DNA from: Felis catus
Lineage: Eukaryota
Direction of reading: 5' to 3'
Length of the DNA stretch: 64,000 bases
NCBI RefSeq assembly: GCF_018350175.1
Contig: NC_058368.1
Coordinates: forward strand, 155,746,001-155,810,000
Shown here: positions 13,515-26,154 of the stretch, piece by piece
Numbering within the stretch: the stretch's first letter is position 1
Layout: each line of letters starts with the position of its first letter
Position numbers and translations under genes: made by a program
The notes under the pieces: generated by a model
What the model was told of the DNA's origin: nothing
The model's database searches: none
What the model saw: only the letters and a program-made list of their open reading frames with translations

Positions 13515-13640
13515 TCCTAAGCAGGCTCCACACTGTCAGTGCAGAGCCTGATGAAGGGTTCAAACTCACAAACTGTGAGATCATGACCTGAGCTGAAATC
13601 AAGAGTCAGATGCTTAACCCACTAATCACTCAAGTGTCCC
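13425..13640 (-). mobile_element. CanSINE
   Basis: (GA)n and gatcatgacctgagctgaaatcaagagtc. TSD aaagctggt(a/g)ttt at 13412 and 13643. Confidence 0.92.
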
Positions 13641-16500
13641 AAAAAGCTGGTGTTTTGATCTCCTTTTGTCTGATTTTTTGTCATTTTGCTCACTGGGTTC
13701 CAAACTCAGGAAGGTAACACAGAGGTATTATTTCTGGTACAAGGTACTGAACGGTTCAAAAGCTAGAAACCCTGAGAATTGGATACTTTCTGAGTTGATT
13801 TTGAACTTGAGAGAAGACAGGATGTTATTAACTGACCCTGAAGGCCCAAGACTATGTGTCAGAAACTATGTTCACTTTACATGTATTATTATGATTCCAC
13901 TTTTTAGACCAAAAAACTGAGGCAAAGGGAAATTAACTTACTTGAAATCACACTATATTACATGGAAAACTGGGATTCAAAATCAGGTCATTCAGATTCT
14001 ATACATGTAATCTCATCTCCAGACTATATCTCTGCAAAGGGGATGATTCTGAAAGTTATTTCAGACACTCTGAAGAGGAAATAAAATAATTAGTATCACT
14101 GTGTGCCTTCAATGACTACTGGTTTTAAGTTCATTTGGAAAAATGTAAATGTCTTGGACTGTAGAAAATGTTTAAAATATAAACTCTTATATTGGTTATT
14201 AAATTGTTAGCTAAGCCTATTATTTTTCCTTTCCAGTTATATATTAAAAGATTTGGGCCTAAGGGGGGGAAAAAGGAAGAGAGAAAAGATGCAGTGTGGG
14301 GGGTACTCAGTTTCAGAGGAAAGCAATATACAGTATGAACAGCAGCAGCCCCTGGTGGTCTAAGGAGAAAAAATAGTGTATCTATAATTATGGGGGTAGA
14401 AATATGTTTTTAAAAAGAATATATGTACATATTTAGCCATTTGACTCAGTTCTCAACCCAACACATTAAAAAACAGATGCTTTAAAAAATGATCTGTTGG
14501 CAAGATGCTTGTTAAAATTTTATCAGTTGAAATATTAAAATTCATTATGAATTAATTAACACATTATATAAAAATAAAATGTTTTTGTTTCATCGTTTTA
14601 CAAAGTACTATAACCAGTGGTGATTAACACTGGGAAATTTGTGTATCTTGCGATGTGTTGCTCAGAAAGAAACTAAATTTATAGGATTACCACTAAATTG
14701 ATGACATTTTCTGTCTTCACTCTTGAATTCAGTTGGCAGATGTTTTCGAGAACAAAAAATTCCGTCTTATTACAAAACATATTAAGCAGGTTTTCCTGCC
14801 AGGCATGTCTGACATGATGTTTATTGCCTAGACCAAATCAATCCCCTTAATAAGCCATAATATATGCCAGAAAGTACATTATTTCATACTTAAGGAAAGT
14901 TGCCACATGAAACAGTAAGTACTTTGATCTCTCAAGCTCTGCTTCTAATGCATCAGAAATGTGCTACATAATCCAATAGTTAGTCATATCTATTTATACT
15001 CATTTAGTATATAAAATAAAATTATACTTTGCTAAACTTAAAGTTTTAGGCCTGGATTCTACTTTATTTCTGCCTGTTAATACTAGATATTTACAAAAAC
15101 TTGAAGTGAGGTTTTTGGCTATTTACTAGATTCCAGAAAAAAGAAATTCAAATACTTAAATATACTAGGAATGTAAAATGGTTCCAGAGATTATACAATC
15201 ATTGGCTGTAATATAAATAAAATCTGGTTGCTAAAACACAAGATAGAAATGGCTCCAGTGGCATTAGCACAGAAGAGAACAGGTACAGAGGAGAAGACGG
15301 GATATTTATCAGCCTTCACCAATATTTTGAACATAACCCAAGTCAGAGTGTCAAAAACATATTTTTTAAAAGAAAGCTTCAGTTAGTTTATGAGTTGACT
15401 GTTTCTGAACAATTGCAAAAATTCACGCACATGCCGAAAAAAACCGTCAGAAAACTAGACACCAAATATCTCTCATGTTAAGGGATGAGATTTTTGATCG
15501 ATGTCAACAAGCAATCAAGCCATAAATATTTGAGTATCTTCAATGTGTAATGCCAGGCTATGCCAAGAGTCTTATTCTGTAAATGTCTCTTTCACACGTG
15601 GAGTTTTCCTTCTCTGGCCATGTCATTTCTTTCCCTCTTCCACTCCCAGCATTTTTTTTTTTTTTTTAACCTTCAGGGTCTAATCTCTCTTCTTTACTTC
15701 CTATCACCACAGCCCACAGCTACATCTCTTAGGGAAGAGATTTTCAAGCAATTCTAACTCAGTATTACATAGGTCAGCATCCAGTCAGTTTTGCCTATAT
15801 TCCACCTACATACTGTACAGTGCTTTTAACTGATCTTCCTTAGTCTGAGTACTTGTCCTCTTATGATCCAGTCTGATACCAGAATAACCCTATTTATGCT
15901 GCAAGTCACCTTATTTAGGTGTCCCTAGACTAAGGCCTAGTCTTTTTGCTCTGCTCTCCTTACAGGGGTACGGATTCCAGTGAGTGGGTTTATTATCAGT
16001 TCCTGACTCCTTCATAGTATGCTCTATACTACTGTAAAAATTAGCCCACACCTGTTTATTCTTAAGGATTGACCTATAAAACATGCTCAAAGATCTCTAG
16101 GATTATGGGGAGATCTAGAGGAAAGGCATAAAAAAATAAATGTTGATAATATTATGAAACAAAAACACAGAGATATCTCAAGACAGCACATGATAAATTC
16201 CACATAAGTTAACCATTCACAGTAACATCCATGAGTCACAGTAAGGAAACTATTGACTACGGTGATATGAAAAGGTGAGATTTCAGCTGGGTACTACAAC
16301 ATGGACAGAATTTGGATGAGAGGAAAGAATAGGAAGCAACGTTACAGTTCCCATAAAGCACAAAGTGTGTGCAGCATAGACCAAGTACAACAACTTGGCT
16401 CTACTCTCATGAGCAAGTGTGTAAAACAGAAATCGCAGTAGGTTGGCATGAAGTATTTCCATTTTCATCCATAATTTTACTATCTTAATGATATAGTTAA

Positions 16501-16785
16501 TTCATCAGTTGATGGACATTTAGGCTCTTTCCATAATTTGGCTATTGTTGAGAGTGCTGCTATAAACATTGGGGTACAAGTGCCCCTATGCATCAGTACT
16601 CCTGTATCCCTGAGGGTTGATGGGGGGTGGGAGGGAGGAGAGGGTGGGTGATGGGTATTGAAGAGGGCACCTTTTGGGATGAGCACTGGGTGTTGTATGG
16701 AAACCAATCTGACAATAAATTTCATATATAAAATAAAAAAATAAAGTAAAAAAAATCAACTTCAGGTAAAAAAAAAATAAAATAA
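16501..16785 (+). mobile_element. 5'-truncated, 5'-inverted young LINE-1 (L1_Fc-like)
   Basis: 16501-16611 is antisense ORF2 end (DTGVLMHRGTCTPMFIAALSTIAKLWKEPKCPSTDE) and 16610-16785 is sense 3' UTR plus tail. Perfect TSD aatgatatagttaa at 16487-16500 and 16786-16799. Confidence 0.93.
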
Positions 16786-17748
16786 AATGATATAGTTAAA
16801 AAAGAAAACAGGATATCCCACTTTTATATATTCAGATGAAAATATACAGATCAAGGTATCATATAAATATTGAGGAACTGACTTTTTATCATCAATTTTT
16901 GTAATGTATTCTCAGCTAATAGACTGAGGTAGGTGACCAACAATGTAATTTTGTTTATTTTGGTTTGTTTGAATGTTTCCTTACAGAAGATCAAGTAGCA
17001 TACTTTATTGATGCTGGATATATATTGATGCTGGACCAGTAAAAACATTGGTATTTTAATCCTGGCTTCACCACCTTATTTACCAAATAGAAATTTATTG
17101 TGAAGGCTCTGTTCTACAAATATTTATTATGAAGACTTTGTTCTGAGCTCTGGGGATATAACAGTGAGCAAAAGACAACTAAGTCCCTGCCCTCATGAAG
17201 TTTACAATCAAAGTCATGAGATTTTGGAAAAATTACTAAGTTTTGACTCACAGTCTTCTCATGTAAAATTAGATCAATATTAGTGACCCTATTAAAAGAG
17301 AATATATATGTATACACATACATATATTTATATATATTTGTTACTTACATAATATAAATGTTTTATATATGTTGCTTATAAATATTTAATAGCATCTATT
17401 AAGTAACTGATCAAAAATCTATTAATCATCAGATGTCATTTAGTATATCATATCATGCTTTTATTAAATTGGTTTAAAATTCATATTTCATGTATATATT
17501 TTGTTTCCAACTGGTTAGAACAATGTGATAAAGAGGAAAGGGAGCAAGAATCTACAATAATTAGAAGTCCTGGTTTCAACACTTAGTTCTACCACTTACT
17601 AGTTATGTGATCCTAGACAAAAATGAGCCATCTGTGCAACGGTTTCCTTAACTATAAAATAAAGATAAAAATATTTGATCCTCTTATGGGATTATTCCAA
17701 TGAATAATCAATTTCAAAATGTAAATGGTTAAGAAGTATTTAAGTTAA

Positions 17749-17940
17749 ATCTTTTTTTTAAAGTTTATTTTTCAGAGACAGAGCGAGTGGGGCAGTGACA
17801 GAGAGAAAGGAGGACAGAGGATCTGAAGTGGGCTCTGTGCTGACAGCAGAGAGCCTAATGTGGGGTCGAACTCACGAACCACGAGATCATGACTTGAGCT
17901 GAAGGCAGACACTTAACCAACTGAGCCATCCAGGTGCTCC
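17749..17940 (-). mobile_element. CanSINE
   Basis: Head ctgagccatccaggtgctcc. TSD aagaagtat(t/a)taa(g/a)ttaa at 17731-17748 and 17941-17958. Confidence 0.93.
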
Positions 17941-18462
17941 AAGAAGTATATAAATTAATGCTAATTTTCCCCATCACATACCATGCTCTGTGCCTGAAAA
18001 TTACACTTTTTGGAGACATGTAGTGGGAAGGAGTGTACAAGAAGAAATCACTTCTTAAGTGGATCAAAATTACCTAAGAATTCACCCACCATATACAACA
18101 CGAACAATTCTTGTCTTCCTCAACACAAGATCACACCTTACCATCTAGAAGTATGTTTGAAGAGTACCACCTCACTTCTACTTTTTTGCACAATTCCAAA
18201 AGATTTTAAGAGAAAGGGTATTTATTAAGGAAAAATGACACTCATAACTAAGACTATCAGGTATATAGTTGTGTTATCTAAATGAGTCTGTTTTTGCTTT
18301 AAGTGCTTTCAATGGAAGCTGAGACTGATGAGTGAAATGGCACAAGAAAGAAGGAAAAAGACATGATAAGAAGCACAAAATGGCAGCAGTGTAAAAGAGC
18401 TAAAAGAATTAAAGAAAAAAAAAAAACAAAGGGAAAGAGAGATCTTTAAAATGAAGCAAAAT

Positions 18463-18775
18463 GTGGAATTCGAGAAACTCAACAGATGAACATAGGGGAA
18501 GGGAAGGAAAAATAAGATAAAAATAGAGAGGGAGGCAAACCATCATAAGAGACTCCTAAATACAGAGAACAGAGTGAGGGTTGCTGAAGGGGAGCTGGGT
18601 GAGGGGATGGGCTAAATGGGTGATGGGCATTAAGGAGGGCACTTTTTGGGATGAGAACTAGGTCTCATATGTTAACAGATGAATCACTGGGTTCTACTCC
18701 TAAAGCCAAGACTACACTGTATGTTAACAAAGTTGGATTTAAATAAAAAATAAATAAATTCAAATAACATCTAAG
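18463..18775 (+). mobile_element. LINE-1 3' UTR fragment
   Basis: Similar to the L1 3' UTR at 1350-1600. TSD aaatgaagcaaaat at 18449-18462 and 18776-18789. Confidence 0.92.
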
Positions 18776-18843
18776 AAATGAAGCAAAATTAAAAAAAAAT
18801 TCTCCCTTTAATATACACACATATATATAAAATAGAGGCTGTT

Positions 18844-18881
18844 TTAGGAGGCCAATGCCTTATCCATTAGGCCACTGGGGC
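18844..18881 (-). pseudogene. Tailless retropseudogene of the 5' half of tRNA-Arg(CCT)
   Basis: Minus strand reads GCCCCAGTGGCCTAATGGATAAGGCATTGGCCTCCTAA, matching the first 38 nt of mammalian tRNA-Arg-CCT as I recall it and ending in the anticodon loop. It is flanked by the direct repeat aaatagaggctgtttta at 18830-18846 and 18886-18902. Confidence 0.92.
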
Positions 18882-20522
18882 TCCTAAATAGAGGCTGTTT
18901 TAAATGAAATATATTTGAAAACAAACAAAAAATGCACACACACAAGAGAACAAAAGAAAAGTATCCAAGCAATGCTGACAAGAGATAGAGAAAACAGAGG
19001 ATATAAAACCCACAATACATGTGTCAGAAATAGATGCTTAATCTATACATATAGCCAAATAAAGGAAACTGTTTAAGAAAAAATAAAAACAACTTAATAC
19101 ACAAAATCACTGTTTTTTGCATTTTACATAAGCAAATGAATACTTTTAATGGTTTGTAGATTTCAAAAACTTTTACAATTCATTTTTGAAATCTGGATAT
19201 CAGAATTATTTTTTTTTTTTAACTGTCCTAAAATGGTGGTTGACAGACTGGATCATATAATTAGGAAGCTGAGTACAACGGATAGAGAAGAAGGTGACAT
19301 CACGACCATTATGCAGCCATAGGAAAGAAAAGTGGTAACATAACTCTATCAGAACAAGCAAGCACTTGATTCCAATCTAATCACTGTTTAATAATATATT
19401 AAATAGTGAGATGCTTTTCAGAAATGCAAATACTGCAATGTGACTAACTTTTACTTGAGTCACTGTATGATGGACTTTAGGGTTTCTTGATCTGAATACA
19501 TTTTTTGGGTCTTAAGAATTTATATGCTGCTTTGGTACTGCTTAACTGCACTAACTTACTCAACAAACTGACCTATAGTCTTGAATGTGCACAGTTTAAT
19601 TCCCAAAAGTATAGTGATTATGACACGAACTAGAATGAAGAAAATAACTTAGAAAGTCATCTATTCCGGCTAAAGATGGTATGAAATATTTTATTAGTGA
19701 GCTTTTAAAGGAAATGTAAAAATAGCTCAAACTGAATAATTTGAAACTTCACTCCCATCTTACAATATAATTTATAAAGTGTTAATTTGTCTATGTTTAA
19801 ATGTTCTGAATTGCTCACTTTTAAAGAACATATCAATTTACTACTTTACTCACACAGTAGCATTTCTGACATGCTTTACTATTAAATTATATTTCTAGGA
19901 CCCATAATGCAGGCTTTGAAAATTGCATAAATCTGTCTCAAATATACAATTCACAGTATGTATATCAAGCAGAATGTGTCAAAGTGCAAATAAAATTGTT
20001 TTTCCCCCTACGAATTAGAACTCCTTGGGTAGCACTACTATAACGATCCCATGCTGCTAGCATCACAAAGTGCAAAGGTTCACCGGGTAAGAAAAGAGCA
20101 AAGGAGAGAGTTCCCTCATTACACTATCCCTAAACTATTCTAGTTTAAATATTTATTAAGATATTAATTACTCTACCTCCTTCCATCTGCCTTCAGAAGT
20201 TAAGCTGAAACACCGTGGATGGATGGTTGCTCATAGGAAAACAATGCATTAAAACCATTACCACCCAAGATGAAGACTGATGTTTTGAACAGTGCATTAT
20301 TAATTGCTTTTGAGACTTCAATAAAATATCACACTGAAATAAGAATGACGTGTTTTGTAACACTGACTAAAAAAGAAAACATTTCATCCGAGTTAACAAC
20401 CATGGGAAATGAGTGGTTAAAAATTAAAGAATTTAGTTTCTTTTAATCAAATAAACTCATCTGAATAAAATACAAATAAAGGAAAAGAAATAATGAAGGA
20501 AAGTTACAATCTTATTACTTAC

Positions 20523-20741
20523 TCTGATATAGAGCTGCATCATTTCTTTTTCTCTTTGGGGGTTACGATACTTTTCATAGAAATCACGTCGCTTCTTTGT
20601 TTCTTTAGAGACTTTATCTTTTCTTTCCCGTTTTTCTGCTGGTTCATCTGAACTATCAGAAGATGACGGTACATGTATCTTTGGCTTTTCTACTTCAATA
20701 TAGTTTTCATTGGGATTCAGCACTATTACTCCATATCCTTC
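20523..20741 (-). CDS. FAM172A: Internal coding exon of FAM172A/ARB2A (cotranscriptional regulator, Arb2-like domain), 219 nt, 73 codons
   Basis: Translates to [73 protein letters not shown], which I recognise as FAM172A. Acceptor is ttctttgctttcaaaatAG|GAA (AG at 20743-20742) and donor is AGA|GTAAGT (GT at 20522-20521). I did not find the neighbouring exons in the window. Confidence 0.95.
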
Positions 20742-22896
20742 CTATTTTGAAAGCAAAGAAGGCAGCAGAATTTAATCTTAGAAACCATCTCAATTCACAA
20801 AAAAATCTGTAAAATCTCACAGAAAGTGATTTAATATAGTTGCATATTCATGAAAATATTTCTTTATAAAAGACTATAGTTTTAATTTTTCCAACAAAAA
20901 GTTGTTTAAAATGGTTTGCCTGTATTGTATATGTAAATAAGCAGAGATTACTGGTAAGAACAAAAAGACAAAACTGTAACATAAAGATTATAAAGGTTCC
21001 ATTTTTTAAAAAGTATTTCAGGTCTTGCAGAACCCCCCAAATAATTGAAATAAATAATCAAATAAAAAGTACGCTTTCAAACCACATTAAATTTTAAATA
21101 CCCATTTTGAGAAAATAGCCTCTTTGCAAGTGAAGTTTAAATATCAGACCACATTTTGTTAGATTTTGTTTCCCTTACATTGCACATTAATTTAATGAAC
21201 ATTTTTTATTTGCTTGAATTCAAGAAAGAATAAGCAATTAAGGCATAAATTTAATCTAACACATTCTACAGATTTACATGTCTCTAATAGCAGAAACATA
21301 TAATGTCTACCTGTGCAACTTGTATTTTTTTCCACCTCTCATCTTTCATACAACAAAATAAACTAATGTCTTACTATAATGTGTGGAAGCAATTATTTAA
21401 TCCTGAAATGTTTTCACTTTTAACTACCATAAGAATTTCTCTTTATTAGGGACCAGTTCCAGGAAACAAGTCCCAAAGTTTAAAGTACAGCTTACTGAGC
21501 TTTTACACCTTCTTTAAAGTTTTAGAAATGTTTTCCTGTATGACAATTCTAGCAAAGAAAACATTTCTATGGTTATAATTAAGAAAACTTTTGGTATTTA
21601 TATTAAGTTATAACTGATAGAATAATCTAACCACAAGAAAATAGAGAAGAATAACCAATTTCCACTGACAAGCATGTGTAACATAAATTTGTGAAGCCAT
21701 TGATACCTTATATTTCCTATTCAATTCTGTACTGTGGATGTCCCAATTTTGCCTTACGAAATCCTGTAAGGTCCTATTTTAGAAAGGTATTAGATTATGA
21801 TAAAAACATGTAAGAGCCATGGAAAGTAAAATTAAAAAAAAATCTCATCCTCAGTGAAAAAGAAAATGATATACTTTTTACAAAACCATAACTGTAGAAC
21901 TACTTCAACTTTAAAATTTGTTTTTTGCCAAATCAACCATAAGATGATCTAAAAAAAAAGTGATACACTAATAATAGAGTAATATTAGCACAGACTCCAT
22001 TATCTTATTTTTAAATATGCTATACCACTGCACTTGACTTGGTGTTGTTAATAGTCAATTTCACAATCTACGTAAAAACTTCATTAGGAGTTTTCAATCT
22101 TCCTTTTTACTCAATCAGTTGATATTATTTTCTAAAACCATGATATGGTTTGTAGATTGTGGAGTTCACTGAAGTTGTGATGTTAGTGATAGGACTGTTA
22201 ATTAAGATATAGTTGTCTTACACATATGAAAACTACACAATAACACATACCAAACTGATTAACAAAATACCACATATTCTTTAATCTATATTCAAATAAA
22301 ACTTCTATATAAACACAAGTTTTATGAAAAGTTATAAAATACTTCACCTATTTTAAAATTTAAGCGTTCTACATCAAAGTACACGATAAGGGTTTTTTTT
22401 TTGTTTGTTTTGTTTTGTTTTGAAGTATCTTAGCTGGGAAGTCAAAGTTTTACCAACAAAAGATATTTTATTTGATCCTGCTTTATTCTAATCTGTATAG
22501 CTATTCAAAAGTCTTGTAATTCATTGTGATCACTGTCAGGTAGACAGATTGTCACTTGGTGATTTTCTACAGTTGGACACACTTGACTAGTTATTAAAAT
22601 CACATTTGAAGGAAGTTCCTACCCCTCTTCCTTGTGCCTCTTACAACTTTTCATGCCCTTCTCAAATTTCAGCTATAACTTCTCCTCCCACCAAAAGTAA
22701 GTTAAAGAACACTGTTGCACTCTGCTAAACAGGGTGAAATAGAGGCATTCATACACTGTCTTCTGGTGTAAGGAACATAGTCAAAAAAGGTCACCATAGG
22801 CCAAAAAGAAAATTGCCTCCTTACTAGATTCTGTACTGTGAGTAAGTGGTCTCCTGTCATGTTTCTTCCCTGTCTTCTCTGAGTGAATTGAACATT

Positions 22897-22898
<2 letters not shown>

Positions 22899-22934
<36 letters not shown>

Positions 22935-22968
22935 GCGCGCGCACGCACGCGCACACACACATGCACAC
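22899..22968. repeat. Compound (CA)n(GC)n microsatellite
   Basis: Directly visible. Confidence 0.95.
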
Positions 22969-24201
22969 AGTGTCTCATACTTACATGAGTTACAAGTGGC
23001 AAACCTAAAAAAGAATCTTGAACTCTTAGAAATGAAAATAGTGATGGACTGCATTTTAATGATAATATGAAAACATCAAACTCTGTGTAACAAAGTGGGA
23101 CTTTAATAAATTGATAGAATGTGAGCATCACCTTTGTACCATGAATAAATTCCAAATAAAGGTAAACTCTTTAGACAAAATTTACAGTCCCTAGAATGAT
23201 AAAATTTTGCCCTATGTTTTTAACTTCACACATTATTTTCATAATACCATATTTATTTGAGCCTGATTTTACTTCAATTTTTGGAAATCATGGATTGAAA
23301 AATTATTGTGCCTACTTGATTTTAAATGAACTCTGAAATTTGATGTGTCCTATCTAAATAAGTATAAAAAGCAGATACACATAAATCATCAAAGAAGTAG
23401 TATTTGTCTAAGTTATTGATTATGTAACTGAAAATTACATGACTCATTTGTCCAATTTTATAAAGACACAATGTCAATTTTTCACCGAGGCATCAACTGA
23501 TGAAAAATGATTCTATTTTTAAATCACCACTATATAAATCAATTAAAGAATTTTTAGCATTTAGATTTCAAACAATGAATGCTTCTCTTTAAATCCTGAA
23601 TTATTTAGAAAATATTTTATCATTTAGATATTTCACACCGCCAATTTAATTAATGGAATAACAATCAAGAAGTATTCAGGAATATTTTCTGCAGAAATGA
23701 AAGCTAATTTTAATAAATGCCTTTGTTGCAAATTCAATTGCCATTCTGTGAAAAACTTACATTTTTCAATTAAAATTTTCCTGATAAATTAACTAATGCA
23801 ATATTCACAGAAACCATTAATAACCATTTTATCATGAGGAACAGAAAATTGGAGGAACAAAATAAACTCCTCCACTTTTATGCTGTAACCACAGATGTGT
23901 AGTGAAACTTCATCTTTTCCTCCTTTTCTCTGTCAATATAAATACTGTCCAAAAATTCCTTTATATAATAAAGGTACAGAGATTTTTGCCATGTCAACAT
24001 TAATATATTGAAATCAAAGTACCAAAGTAAATACTCAAAGTAAAACAAGGCACATAACATACGAATAGTTCAATTTAGCTATTTTAAATGCCCTATCCAT
24101 TTATGTCTTAAAAAATCAGAATAAATGCCATTTAAAAAATTCTCCCTATTCCCCAAAACTCAATCAATACACACAGAAATTAAAAAAAAGAGATCTTATT
24201 T

Positions 24202-26154
24202 TGACCTTTAACAAATGTACCCATAAAGTTTTAGCAAACTTTATGAAATATATGTATTACATATACATGAATATAATATCATAAAAGAACCATGCATTGC
24301 CACTCTAACAAAGAAGCTCCCATAACAAATGCTTACAACCTTAAACATTTTATACTGAAGTATTCCTTTTATATTTAATTATTCATGCTAACATGCTATA
24401 AGATGAAAAGGCAGGTCATTTCAAACATCCATGGAAACATCTTTAACAACACAAAATGATGAAAATGATTATCTAACATTCCACAACTAAATAAATAAGA
24501 CTTCTGGCATCTTGCATAATGATTTACCCAAATCAATTCCAATATCCAACATTTCAAGAGACAAAGCATATATAAAGTTGTTAATTAACTCTTATGTTTG
24601 AGTGTACAGTCTAGTAGAAGATCAAGAAAGTGATCAAGAGGACAGATATTGGTAAAAGTAAGCTTTATCTCTTTCATTTATCTCATTCCATTTTCTATCC
24701 TTTGTAGCTATAACTGTAGTTTCATTTTCAGAACTGTGTTTATAAGGTATAAGCCACGGAATCTTACTCAGAAACCCTCAAAATTGTATTGCTAGACATA
24801 GTATTTTATTCAGTACAAGGGTTTGCTGTGATTTAAACAGAATACACAGGCCTCCAGGCCTCCTTTACTTTGAAGTCCATAGATGCACTTACTAATAAAT
24901 AATAGTCCATTTATCATTCAATCAACAAATGATGGCTTAGGTCAGAGGTCTAAAACAGATAGGTGATGCCAAACACAAAGAACTGAAGAGGAAACCTTGC
25001 TAAAGAAATTAAATCAGTATAGAAAGGTACTTGTCAAGAAGATTCTACAAATAGATAACATTCTTAAATGCCTGACCAAAACCTGAATGTACTTTGATCC
25101 CAATGAAATCCTGCTAAAACTTAAGATTTATCCAACTTAATTTGCCTATTAATTACCAGTTATAAGGAAAATAGAAAACAGGAGCAAATTCTACATCTTT
25201 TCAAATCTCTTGTGGTTGGTTAAATAACAAATCAGGTGCAAGTACTCAGCTCTGCATATTAACCTGCCAATACTGCAAGCCACATGTGACCAAAGAGGTC
25301 AGGGGCCAGAGTAGAATCCTTTGACCTGTGGAACTGTCTGTTTTGGTGTCCAGCCAAAGCTCTGTAAAAGATCATTTTACACAGATTTATCAATCATATT
25401 TTTCAAGTTCAGCATTCTATCTGCTTGGTTTGAAAGAAAAAAGGTGCTCATCCTCAAGGGAAATGAAACCCAAGTGTTTTATCTATAAACTACATCTACC
25501 CATGGTTAAAATGGACAAACCACTGCCCATTCATCTTTTCTGAAAGATGTATGTTGTGTTTATTCTCATCTTTTTCACAACAAGGGTATGTCTATGTCAC
25601 TGTTGCAACATTCTAGGTGCAACAGTGAGATGAGGTCATGACAACCAATCAGAAGTCACTAGTGAAGCGTTAAAGTAAACATAGCTGTTGGAGCTGCAGC
25701 ACTGCTTGAAAAATGCCCCCTCCATTATTTCAGCAATTTTCTCAAGACGTGACCTGGGACTGAAACACCTAAAATGTCACTTGACTCCGTTTTGTGCTTC
25801 CTACCAGTGTGCATTTAGGTAACAGCCAATATTTTGTAAAATGTTTGTCATGAACATGTTTTAACTTGTAGCTCCCTACATTCTAATGTCGTGTTCCATG
25901 TATAAAAATACCATAATATAGACCAACATAGATTATTCCAGTAAGTTTCCAACTTCAAATAGCTCATCAAGTTAGTCAGTAAAAGAAAACATGCCACAAA
26001 AAGTTTTCAGAGGACCACCTGTTGTCTATTATTTTTACATAGCACTTACTCATAAATCATAACACAGGGTAATTAATCAAGCTGTCAAAGAGAAGGTCAA
26101 AGGTTATATGGTAGAGTCAGAAGGTCATGCATGGGCTGATAGAGGTCAGGGTCA
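24202..26154. promoter_or_regulatory. Candidate nuclear-receptor response element cluster (DR1, DR2, DR0)
   Basis: Ten perfect AGGTCA/TGACCT half-sites in unique sequence, several paired as direct repeats. Function is inferred only. Confidence 0.45.

Noticed and set aside
14341..14362. CTCF-like GACCACCAGGGGCTGCTG on the minus strand
   Set aside because: It is one G short of the core CCACCAGGGGGC, so key positions mismatch.
14801..14820. p53-family half-site AGGCATGTCT
   Set aside because: The adjacent decamer fits poorly, and a lone half-site is expected by chance.
17006..17036. Direct repeat tattgatgctgga x2, and similar short duplications near 5147 and 27886
   Set aside because: These are ordinary slippage duplications with two copies only and no array or CRISPR-like structure.
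18303..18343. Hammerhead-like core CTGATGA-gt-GAAA with a partial stem III
   Set aside because: There is no stem I or stem II, and there is a mismatch next to the core. The similar motif at 63703 also lacks stems.
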